This document shows positions 9,438 through 17,735 of a DNA stretch of 64,000 nucleotides, piece by piece. The position numbers and the translations under genes are program-made. A model generated the notes under the pieces. The model was not told where the DNA came from and did no database searches. It worked only from the letters and a program-made list of their open reading frames with translations. How positions within the stretch are numbered: the first letter of the stretch is position 1; every line of letters begins with the position of its first letter. Origin of the DNA: Chthoniobacteraceae bacterium (GTDB lineage: Bacteria > Verrucomicrobiota > Verrucomicrobiia > Chthoniobacterales > Chthoniobacteraceae); assembly GCA_037190965.1 (NCBI GenBank), contig JBBCKI010000028.1:64001-128000 (forward strand), in the 5' to 3' direction.

Positions 9438-10438
9438 GAGTTTCGAAGGGGGTGAGGAGTCCGGATGACCGCGATCTTTTGCCCCGAGAAGGCGACCTGG
9501 TGTTCGCGGTGGTCTTCGCCCCAGATCGGAGGGCCGTTGAAAAAGAGAAGCCCGGAGATCTCTGCACGGGCCTCCCAAAGGGGCTCGAAGGTATCGAGGC
9601 TGATGATCTGGCCCAGCAAATCGCCCGGCTTGACGCTATCACCGCAACGCCGCTCAGGAATCCAGAGGCCGCTTGCCCCGAGATGAATCACTTGCTCGGC
9701 CGCCCCTTCATCCAACTCGACTTGTGCTCCCGAGAGATCGGCCTCCTCGTCAAGATTCCCTGTGGCAATGAGGAAGTTACGGAGCGTTCTTTTTCCCAGT
9801 GCCAGCGACTCGGCGCGGATCACATTCTGACCCGTAAGCTCGATAACGACCACGGGCTTTTGAGTCGACCATGCGCGCTCCCTGAGGGTCCCAAGCGAGG
9901 CGCCTCCTCCGTCGGTTCGCCGCGTGATGAATGGGAAGCCGGTGGCGCGGAGGATCGCTTCATCCCGACGATGCGCCCAAGCCATGGGGCAAAACCAGTC
10001 AGACCAGCAATGAAGATCGAGCAGGAAGTCGCAATGAGAAAGCACGCCATCCCAGAGTTGACGGGTGGTGGCGGCCAGAATGGGGTCGAGGGATTCCGTA
10101 GCCCCCCAGAGGCGGTCGAGATTTCCTTCGAGGCTCACTCCGAGCTTCCGATAGCGGCTTGCCTCGGTCGGGAAGTCTTGTTGCAGAATCTTGAGCGCGA
10201 GGGGATTCAAGGCGGGAAAGATCTCCACGCGACCAAGCACGGAATGGGGATCAAGCGTTTCAAACATGGCTGCTGCTGCCGCCATCCCGACTACTTCCCG
10301 CCCATGTTGCCCCGCAACGATGGCCGTTACAGGGCCGTGCTCGCGGCCCACGACGGTAAGGCGCGGCAAGCGCAGGAGCGCGACAGCTCCTTCGGATGAC
10401 ACTTCAAACGCGGTTCGATGTTTCTCGGGTCGATTCAT
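9434..10438 (-). CDS. Succinylglutamate desuccinylase/aspartoacylase family (M14-like zinc deacylase)
   Basis: Start MNRPEKH (10438); AGQHGRE, NLDR, LLDLH, VVIELTG; C-terminal barrel-sandwich GDSVKPGDLLG. Confidence 0.88.
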   Translation of the reverse strand: MNRPEKHRTAFEVSSEGAVALLRLPRLTVVGREHGPVTAIVAGQHGREVVGMAAAAAMFETLDPHSVLGRVEIFPALNPLALKILQQDFPTEASRYRKLGVSLEGNLDRLWGATESLDPILAATTRQLWDGVLSHCDFLLDLHCWSDWFCPMAWAHRRDEAILRATGFPFITRRTDGGGASLGTLRERAWSTQKPVVVIELTGQNVIRAESLALGKRTLRNFLIATGNLDEEADLSGAQVELDEGAAEQVIHLGASGLWIPERRCGDSVKPGDLLGQIISLDTFEPLWEARAEISGLLFFNGPPIWGEDHREHQVAFSGQKIAVIRTPHPLRNS

Positions 10439-10457
10439 TTTATGAACAAAGAAGGAA

Positions 10458-13400
10458 CTATGGATCTTTCTTTTCGAGAGGGAGGAAGAGAAGGGTTTTC
10501 TCGTCGTTCCGGGTGAGCATTTCAACGGAAGGCGGTGTAAAATCCTCCTTATACCTTTGGCAGCCGGAGATCCGGAGGTGAGCGATCTCTCCATCCAGAT
10601 CCGCTCCTGCCAAGAATTCGATCGGTGCGGCCGCCGGTTGGCTTCCCTGCCTCGGCCAGGAAACCGATTTGCCCCCAACGCCGTTGATGAAAATGGCCGC
10701 GTCCAGGGAGGGCTTTTCGCGGTTCTTGGTATAGCCGAAGTTTCGCTGCCCCCATACCAACGCAACGTGAACCCATTCGCCTTTGTTGAAGAGGGTGCGG
10801 CGGATCCGGTACGCATCGCGTTGCGACGCGCCAGCTGCCTCGATCGTCATTTCCAGAACATGCGACTTCGACCACGGGTTTCCAGGCCAGCCTGCCCGCT
10901 TGGAGTCAACCACGTAGAGAAGCGACCACGGCTTTCCATGGTCGGTTCTGAGCATCAATAGACGTTTCCGCGTTCCATCCTGAAGTTCAAAAGAGTCCCA
11001 CGCGGGTTTTAAATAGAATTCGATGGTTCCCTCCTCACGCGGTAGCGTCTTCGGATCAGACGTGATGAGAAGCGGGTGGCCCGGCCCTACTACCGTTCCC
11101 TTCAGTTCAAGAGACGGAAGCGACGATTTGGCGGCGGGAATCTTTCCAAGATCCGGACGGAAATAGCTATCCGGTCTATCGAATGCAAAGAGCGGGGGGA
11201 TATTGGTTGCCTTTACCGCACCCGATTCCACGGGAACAAAGTGCCACAGCCCGGGGAGATCCGGTGGCAAGGAGAGGGGACCTTGCACCGGTTTCCCGCC
11301 ATTCCAGGGAGCGCCGTCGGGAGCATAGACTCGTGTCTTTCGCTCGAAGGAAATCGTGGCCCCGGTCGCGTCTTTTGGAACTTCAAAGAATATCTTCACC
11401 GGGGGATTCAGTTTTTCCGGATTTGGCTTCCACCATCCATCCGCATAAAGGACGAATCCACCCTTTTGATTGAGGAATGCCTGTTGCAATCCGGTCGGCG
11501 GGGCGGAAACGAACAGATCCACGGGGTCCAGCTCGGGAGGGGCCGAAAGCCGGATCCCATTGCCGGATTCGACGTTCATTGAAAGCGTTGAGAGGCCGAT
11601 CTTCGAAACATCGTTCAAGGCAATCACTTCCGGTAGTTCCTTTAACCCTGCGTGTTCAAACTGAAGTGAAGCGTTGAACCCCTGAGCCTGTTTGCGAAGA
11701 ATGACGCCGGAACGTCCGCTCAATGGCTCGAATCCTACCCAACTCGTAAAGCTCGCCGAATCGATCGCGTTCGTTTTGGAACGGGCGATGACATCCAGCG
11801 CATAGGGAATTCCCTGAAATCGAAACTCGGCTGAGGCGCTATTGCTTTCGAACGGGGAAACGATCTCCTGGCGTACCGCCAGCAGGAGGCGTTGCGCAAT
11901 TGTTTCGTCCCGGGAATTTTTCCAGAGAAAGTTCCCGGATCTGCCACGCTCGAACCTTGGACCGGGATTGATCGCCTGCCACCAGAAGCGGGCAAGACTG
12001 GTGGCGATATTCCAATAGCGTTTTGTACCGTGAAGATCCCATCCTTCGATCAAGGCGGAGAGGTCTTCCTGAGTCTTGTACGTGCTGCTGTCGTAAGCGC
12101 GCCCTTCGGATTTCAGGAAAACGGGACTTTGATCGCTGTAGACGCTGTTCAGGATTTCCTCCTGCATGGTCCTGAGTTCCTGGTCCCAGGTCAGAGAATA
12201 GGCCTGATTGACAGCCCGCAATACCGCGAGGATGCGCCAGTCGGTCTTTTCATTCTTCCACCAACGTTTGACGCCTTCCGCGTAGGCGAGTACCCCTTCT
12301 CTCGTGCGCGGGTTTCCGGTGAGATAGTAGTCGAACAGGAATTGATCGAGGTTGGTATGCGTGCCGAGTCCCGGCCTTGTAGGTCCGTTCCAATAATAGG
12401 GCAGGCCTGCGTACGGATCGTTTGTTCCAAAGCCGTGAATATACAGCCCAGAAATTCTATCCGGTCCGTCCCAGTTTGCAAGATAGCTATCGAGATAGAC
12501 CCGGTTACTCCAACTGGCCAGGTCGCGGAACTTCCGTTCCCCTGAACGGAGGTATAGAAGCCAGAAAGCATTTCGCAAGGTATAGCTTGCCCGATACCTT
12601 CCCTGGCTTTGTGGAAGCTCGCGCGTATGGTGCGGGCCGGCGTGGAAATCGACAAATCCGTACTCGCCTGCGGCTTCCTGGCCGGAGGCCCAGTAGTCGA
12701 ATGAGCCATCGATAAACGATTCGACTTCGGGAAATTGTTTCCGATCTTGCGGATAGAGCGGCCCGGCCACTTCGGTGCGGTAGACCCATTGGGGATCGGG
12801 GGCGGCATAGACTGGTGTTGCGAAAGAGGCTCCTGCTGCCGCGAGCGTTGCCGGGAGGGTGTTTTGAGGGAATGGAGAAATCAGTAGATAGTGCGTCTTG
12901 GACCATCCGACGGCATTGGTTGGAAGTCGGCTGGTATTCTCCGCTGTCTGAGCCGCGATCCGGTTACCGGTATTCCATTTTTTGACGAGAGCCGGGGATC
13001 TGAAGTCGAGTTCTTCTCCGCCGGTGGAACAAAAAAGATCGACTGCTACCTGATGGGGAGAGATTCGGAATGCCGAGGGATGTTGGCGCGCCGATTCGCG
13101 GCAGGCGATGAGAAGCCCCCGGGAGCCAAAGGCGGCCGCCCAGTCACCCATTTCGCCCGGAAAGGCTTTCGCGGGGCTGTTCGGCTCGGTGATTTCGAAA
13201 CGATCCGCGCCTCCGCCATAGCGGCGATGTTCGGTTTGGATCATCATCGCTTCGCCATCCGTTATCGACCGTTCGGCTATTTTTCCAGGCTCGTCGCGAC
13301 TGATGGAAAAAATTCCTTGCGATGCCTTCCAATCGCCCGTGGGAAACTCCCAGCCAATCTGCTTGAACCAGACCTTGTTGGTATCCTGGGTCAAGACGAG

Positions 13401-14480
13401 ATGATGGGTTATCCGGCATTCGGGACGGCTGACGGCGAACTGTAGCCATGTCGAGAATCGCGCGAGTTCCGACCCGTCTTCGGAACGATAGATCCCTTCC
13501 GCTTTGATGCAGGCGGTCAAGCTGCCGGAGGACTCGACGGTGAGGGTCGTGTCCTTTCCCGCGACGCGCCCAAGACGTCCTTGTTGGTCAATGACAAATA
13601 GACCCCTGGAGGCATTGCCGCCTCCCGCGACGGCGGTCCCTCCGGCATCGATCCGATCGATGATGCCCCCCCGGGGAACGAGGCTGTACCTGGCCGCTCC
13701 TGTATCGACCTCGATCAAGCCATGGCTTTGGCGCACCTGGATCTTCGGAAGTCGAACGCTGGATTCCCCGATCTTCACCTGGAGGCGGGATTGGTTCGGA
13801 ACCAGCGCATCGACTAGCAGCCATTTTTGAGAACCGCCTCTCGCCCATTGGGCGGAGGGCTTGAATTCCGAGGGGATTGTCGCTCCCTTTTCATCGGTCA
13901 AAATGAAGCGGTCGGATGTCCACACCGCGCCGCGAGGCATCGGAACGCCGAATGTGACCCAGGCGGCCTTCTCATCCGGGTGACTCTTCGGCCAGTCAAT
14001 CATGACTGCCGGAGCCGGATACTGATCGAAGGGAGTTTCCTGTGCGACGGAGAAGGATTCCGCGGCAACGGCAATACTCTTCCCGCCGCGCAACAGAGAG
14101 ACTTGCAGAATGCCTTCCGTGCTTCCAACAGCGCGGGCGTCGAAGTCAAAGCAGGCACGCTGTTGAGTGATCGGCCTTCTGCTCAGCGATACCGGAGCGG
14201 TCTGCCCGGGTTTGAGAACCCGCACGTCCCACTCCAATCCCGCGAGTTGCTCGCTGGGGGAGAGTTCTACAATTGCTTCTAGATAGCGTTCCCCGGGTCG
14301 CAGATTGGTCTTCGGCAGACTAAGACGAAAGGCTCCCGCGTCATGAATAGGGGCGAGCGCCGAATCGAGCGGTAAGGCGGCAGCCAGCCGGTCGGCTCCC
14401 CAGGAAACATTCCGCGTTTGAGCCTGTGCAACGAGCCCGAAGGCAAGCGCAAGGCCAAGGGTGCAGACGGAAAGCTTCAT
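10458..14480 (-). CDS. Large secreted protein (1340 aa), exo-rhamnogalacturonan-lyase-like core with a C-terminal LamG/ConA-like domain
   Basis: Signal peptide; VTFGVPMPRG…W..GSQKWLLVD N-terminal module; aromatic alpha/alpha region (WLLYLRSGE, DYYLTGN); C-terminal EGTIEFY, WVHVALVW, IFING, LDGEIAHLRIS. Confidence 0.65.
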   Translation of the reverse strand: MKLSVCTLGLALAFGLVAQAQTRNVSWGADRLAAALPLDSALAPIHDAGAFRLSLPKTNLRPGERYLEAIVELSPSEQLAGLEWDVRVLKPGQTAPVSLSRRPITQQRACFDFDARAVGSTEGILQVSLLRGGKSIAVAAESFSVAQETPFDQYPAPAVMIDWPKSHPDEKAAWVTFGVPMPRGAVWTSDRFILTDEKGATIPSEFKPSAQWARGGSQKWLLVDALVPNQSRLQVKIGESSVRLPKIQVRQSHGLIEVDTGAARYSLVPRGGIIDRIDAGGTAVAGGGNASRGLFVIDQQGRLGRVAGKDTTLTVESSGSLTACIKAEGIYRSEDGSELARFSTWLQFAVSRPECRITHHLVLTQDTNKVWFKQIGWEFPTGDWKASQGIFSISRDEPGKIAERSITDGEAMMIQTEHRRYGGGADRFEITEPNSPAKAFPGEMGDWAAAFGSRGLLIACRESARQHPSAFRISPHQVAVDLFCSTGGEELDFRSPALVKKWNTGNRIAAQTAENTSRLPTNAVGWSKTHYLLISPFPQNTLPATLAAAGASFATPVYAAPDPQWVYRTEVAGPLYPQDRKQFPEVESFIDGSFDYWASGQEAAGEYGFVDFHAGPHHTRELPQSQGRYRASYTLRNAFWLLYLRSGERKFRDLASWSNRVYLDSYLANWDGPDRISGLYIHGFGTNDPYAGLPYYWNGPTRPGLGTHTNLDQFLFDYYLTGNPRTREGVLAYAEGVKRWWKNEKTDWRILAVLRAVNQAYSLTWDQELRTMQEEILNSVYSDQSPVFLKSEGRAYDSSTYKTQEDLSALIEGWDLHGTKRYWNIATSLARFWWQAINPGPRFERGRSGNFLWKNSRDETIAQRLLLAVRQEIVSPFESNSASAEFRFQGIPYALDVIARSKTNAIDSASFTSWVGFEPLSGRSGVILRKQAQGFNASLQFEHAGLKELPEVIALNDVSKIGLSTLSMNVESGNGIRLSAPPELDPVDLFVSAPPTGLQQAFLNQKGGFVLYADGWWKPNPEKLNPPVKIFFEVPKDATGATISFERKTRVYAPDGAPWNGGKPVQGPLSLPPDLPGLWHFVPVESGAVKATNIPPLFAFDRPDSYFRPDLGKIPAAKSSLPSLELKGTVVGPGHPLLITSDPKTLPREEGTIEFYLKPAWDSFELQDGTRKRLLMLRTDHGKPWSLLYVVDSKRAGWPGNPWSKSHVLEMTIEAAGASQRDAYRIRRTLFNKGEWVHVALVWGQRNFGYTKNREKPSLDAAIFINGVGGKSVSWPRQGSQPAAAPIEFLAGADLDGEIAHLRISGCQRYKEDFTPPSVEMLTRNDEKTLLFLPLEKKDP

Positions 14481-15515
14481 TTAGACGGAATTTGCATGAG
14501 CCATCTCAATGACCCGCATGACTGAGAGCGCATGCGTCGCCGTGATGGGAGGAGCCTCTCCCCGGCTCAGTGCGCCATGAAGATCTGTATAATAGGCGAC
14601 GGGGAGAGAGCGATTCTGCTCATCCGGCGTGGCCATCCAACTTTCCTCACGCCAGTCGATCGTTTCCTTGTCGTAGGCGCGCTCGGGCGAGGGCGTCTCC
14701 ACAACGGTTCTTTCCGGCAGCGAGGCGGGGTCGAAATAACGCCACCGCAGTTGGGCGTCTCCTCCCGTCAGTCCTCCGGCAGTGCCGCAGATCTTCCACC
14801 GCTCGCCCCCAATCGCATCCGCGCTGGATAGTTCAAGATCGACCAGTGGATAGCCCGGCAGGTGCAAAAGCAATTTTGTATGATCGTCCGCATCTCCAAG
14901 AGTGATGGCGGTTTCAAGCCGGGCGATGACATTGGGCTCCTCCGCACCCATGAGGCAGAGCGCGTGATCGAGCACGTGCGGACCAGTGTTTGCAAGATTG
15001 CCCCCGCCAAACTTTTTAAGAGTTTGCCAGTCCCATCTCCGTCCGAAACCGTTGCGATAGATCTTGATCAAAAGAATTCGTCCGAGCTTCCCGGACTGGA
15101 GAACCTCGCGCACTTTCTGGAAATCGGATGCGTAGTGCAGATTGTGAAAAACGGTGAGGTGACGTTGGGCCGTCCGGGCTGCTGCCGCCATCTCCTGCGC
15201 ATCACAGTAGCTCATGGCCATCGGCTTTTCGCAGACGACGTGCTTTCCCGCCTGTAAGGCGGCGAGGCACTGTTCCCGGTGGAAGGTCTGGGGCGTGGCG
15301 ATGACTACCCAATCCGCGTCGCAATGCTTTAGCATTTCTTCAAAGCTCTCATAGCTTGAGCAGCCGACGGCCTGCTCCGCTTCCTTGCGGCGTAATTCCA
15401 TCGCGTCACAAACACCGCGGATCTCATACCGATCCTCGAGCTTACTTAAACTCATGAAGTGGTTTCTCCAACCTGTTCTTCCCAAACCTGCGATGGCGAT
15501 CTTGATGCGCTGCAT
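14481..15515 (-). CDS. Gfo/Idh/MocA family oxidoreductase
   Basis: IAIAGLGRTG, VIATPQTFH, HVVCEKPMA, GGGNLANTGPHVLD. Confidence 0.95.
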   Translation of the reverse strand: MQRIKIAIAGLGRTGWRNHFMSLSKLEDRYEIRGVCDAMELRRKEAEQAVGCSSYESFEEMLKHCDADWVVIATPQTFHREQCLAALQAGKHVVCEKPMAMSYCDAQEMAAAARTAQRHLTVFHNLHYASDFQKVREVLQSGKLGRILLIKIYRNGFGRRWDWQTLKKFGGGNLANTGPHVLDHALCLMGAEEPNVIARLETAITLGDADDHTKLLLHLPGYPLVDLELSSADAIGGERWKICGTAGGLTGGDAQLRWRYFDPASLPERTVVETPSPERAYDKETIDWREESWMATPDEQNRSLPVAYYTDLHGALSRGEAPPITATHALSVMRVIEMAHANSV

Positions 15516-15522
15516 AGATTGA

Positions 15523-16248
15523 CTAATTCGGACTAAGAGGGCCTGTATTGTAGAAGCGAACTCCGCCGGGCCTAAGGTCGGTGGTGCTCACGGGTTTCCG
15601 CGGGGATGCGCTGCCGTCGACAAAGAGCACGTTCGCGCTCCCATTGTGACGCTCATACACCACCCGCTTTAAGGTGTTATCTTCCTTAATGTAGATCGTG
15701 TTTCCGGCCGACTGAAAGAGGAGCTGGTTCTTGTCCGGTTGATCGCCCAGAATCTTGTTGTCCGCAGCCATCAGGATTGTGCTTGCCTGCTCCAGGCCTG
15801 ACGCTCTTTTGGAATACGGCGCGGAATCCGTTAGCCGGGCATTCCATGCGTAGCTCAGTTGCCTACCCTTCGGGCCGGCGGTATTCGGCGTGGAGGCGGG
15901 ACAAAAGAAGACGGTGCGGATGTCGCTGTTCGAGCTTAAAAGATCAATTCCGAGATAGGGTATAATCTGGGCATCCCATTGTTCTCCTGCATGATGGTTT
16001 ATCGGCTCGGAGTCGCTGGCCGGGGTGGACTTGATGCCGGGCAGGTTGCCGTTGTGGTCCCCTGCGTAGGTATGGGCGGCCGCGCTGATGGATCGCAGAT
16101 TCGCGAGACATGCGGCAGCCTTTGATAGTTGCGTTCCTCTTTGGATCACTGGAGCGGCCAGCAAATAGATTAGCACAAGGATCGCCATTACAACCGACAA
16201 CTCCGTGACAGTGAATCCTGCGCTGAGTCGTTGGGGCGGCAGTTTCAT
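15523..16248 (-). CDS. Prepilin-type N-terminal cleavage/methylation protein with H-X9-DG domain
   Basis: G|FTVTELSVVMAIL; CLANLRSI..A.HTYAGDHNGNLP; FFCPA; SYAWN; RHNGSANVLFVDG. Confidence 0.92.
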   Translation of the reverse strand: MKLPPQRLSAGFTVTELSVVMAILVLIYLLAAPVIQRGTQLSKAAACLANLRSISAAAHTYAGDHNGNLPGIKSTPASDSEPINHHAGEQWDAQIIPYLGIDLLSSNSDIRTVFFCPASTPNTAGPKGRQLSYAWNARLTDSAPYSKRASGLEQASTILMAADNKILGDQPDKNQLLFQSAGNTIYIKEDNTLKRVVYERHNGSANVLFVDGSASPRKPVSTTDLRPGGVRFYNTGPLSPN

Positions 16249-16278
16249 TGGTTAAGGGGGGCGGCAGGCTGAGCGCTC

Positions 16279-17448
16279 CTAGAGAGGCAGGATCTTGTTC
16301 TCCTGTTCCAGGGTGGTTGCCCCTCCAACGAATGAGCATGGAACAAACTTTCCTGGGACTTCGAACAAGCCGGGAGTGGTGGCCAATTGGCACGCCATGT
16401 CAAAGAGCGCGGTTCCGATCTCTTCCGTCGGCTGCTGGGTACGGGTGAGATCGCGGTAGGGCCCCGTCAACTGGGCGGCTCCCGAACCGCCGACGATGCT
16501 GACGTCGCGGGGAGTCTCGACTCCCTGTTCTGCGAAATATTGACAGAAGCCGAGGGCTAGTTCGTCACCGACGACATAGACCGCATCAGGGATGGAGTTG
16601 GCAGAACCCAATACCTTGCCGGCCAGATCATAACCTGCTTCGCGCGTCGGCTCGTCGCCGGACACGATTCGAAGGCTGACTCCATTGCCAATATGGTTTC
16701 CGAGCCCAGCCACCAGGCCGGAACACCGGAGGGCCGCCGATGCGTTCATCTGCTCTCCTGAGTTATGGATGAATAAAATGCGTTTGCGCCCAGTTGCCGC
16801 CCATGCGAGCCCAAGGCGATGGCTGATACCGTAAAAGTCTGACGATACAAAATTGGAGGAGGCCATCGTGAATCCCGGGTTCAAATGGACGACGGGATAG
16901 GATAGCCTCTTTTCCTGACGGGCCAGCACCATTCCCTCCAGGACAGGGTGTAGAATCATCCCATCCACTTTTCCATCCTGTTCTTTAAGCGCTGCAAAGA
17001 TTTGCTCGTTGGACTGGCTTTGAATGGCAACCGGGCAGATCGAGACGGGAGTGCTTCTTAGTGAAGCTGCCCGCACAATGGCTCCGGAAATGGCGGAACT
17101 CCAGCTCCCCTGGTGATCGCCCGTGGAGGAAATCCCAAAGGATAAGCCGATGCGGAGATTTTCTTTGCGCGCCGTCGGAAATTCGGCGGCAAGGAAGCTG
17201 CCGTTGCCGATCTCCGTGCGGATAAATCCTTCCGCCGCCAATTGCCGGAAGACGTTTTGAACCGTGGTGACGCTGACATCCAGGCGCTGGGCGATGGCGC
17301 GACTGGTGGGGAGCCGGCCGCCGACCTTCATTCCCGAGGTTCGGAGATGATCTTCCAGAAAAGCGGTCACCCGTTCGCGAGCACGGGTGTTCCCTCCTGT
17401 AATCGAAGTGGTGTCAAGAGTTGAGAGGGTGGTGGATCGGCTCGCCAT
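16279..17448 (-). CDS. GntR-HTH / LacI-type ligand-binding transcriptional regulator (AraR-like architecture)
   Basis: GGRLPTSRAIAQRLDVSVTTVQNVFRQLAAEGFIRTEIGNGSF; C-terminal PDAVYVVGDELALG, VETPRDVSIVG, LTRTQQP. Confidence 0.92.
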   Translation of the reverse strand: MASRSTTLSTLDTTSITGGNTRARERVTAFLEDHLRTSGMKVGGRLPTSRAIAQRLDVSVTTVQNVFRQLAAEGFIRTEIGNGSFLAAEFPTARKENLRIGLSFGISSTGDHQGSWSSAISGAIVRAASLRSTPVSICPVAIQSQSNEQIFAALKEQDGKVDGMILHPVLEGMVLARQEKRLSYPVVHLNPGFTMASSNFVSSDFYGISHRLGLAWAATGRKRILFIHNSGEQMNASAALRCSGLVAGLGNHIGNGVSLRIVSGDEPTREAGYDLAGKVLGSANSIPDAVYVVGDELALGFCQYFAEQGVETPRDVSIVGGSGAAQLTGPYRDLTRTQQPTEEIGTALFDMACQLATTPGLFEVPGKFVPCSFVGGATTLEQENKILPL

Positions 17449-17735
17449 GGCGGGTGCATGGTGCTGTGGAAATTGAACAATTGCAAATCAAAAATAGAAA
17501 TCTTTGAACACTAAAGAACATTTTTTCGAATGGATCTGAGTATTCATTTCATGAGCTGAAATTTAACCAAGGATTCAAATTTACTCCATGATTGGCTATA
17601 TTTTCTCTGAAATTCATCTCTGAGTTCTCGATTATTGAATGATTTTATTGAAAATAAGTGTATTGACAAAAGAACAGAAATGAAAATTAATGCACCCGTC
17701 AAAGCACACATAGCAATGAAGCGATAGAAAAAGTT

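Noticed and set aside
9434..10816. Long N-terminal extensions in the ORF track (this 460-aa ORF; also those starting at 9578, 25150, 31990, 36020, 36711, 38572 and 58672)
   Set aside because: They overlap neighbouring genes or promoter motifs; downstream ATGs give normal signal peptides and operon spacing
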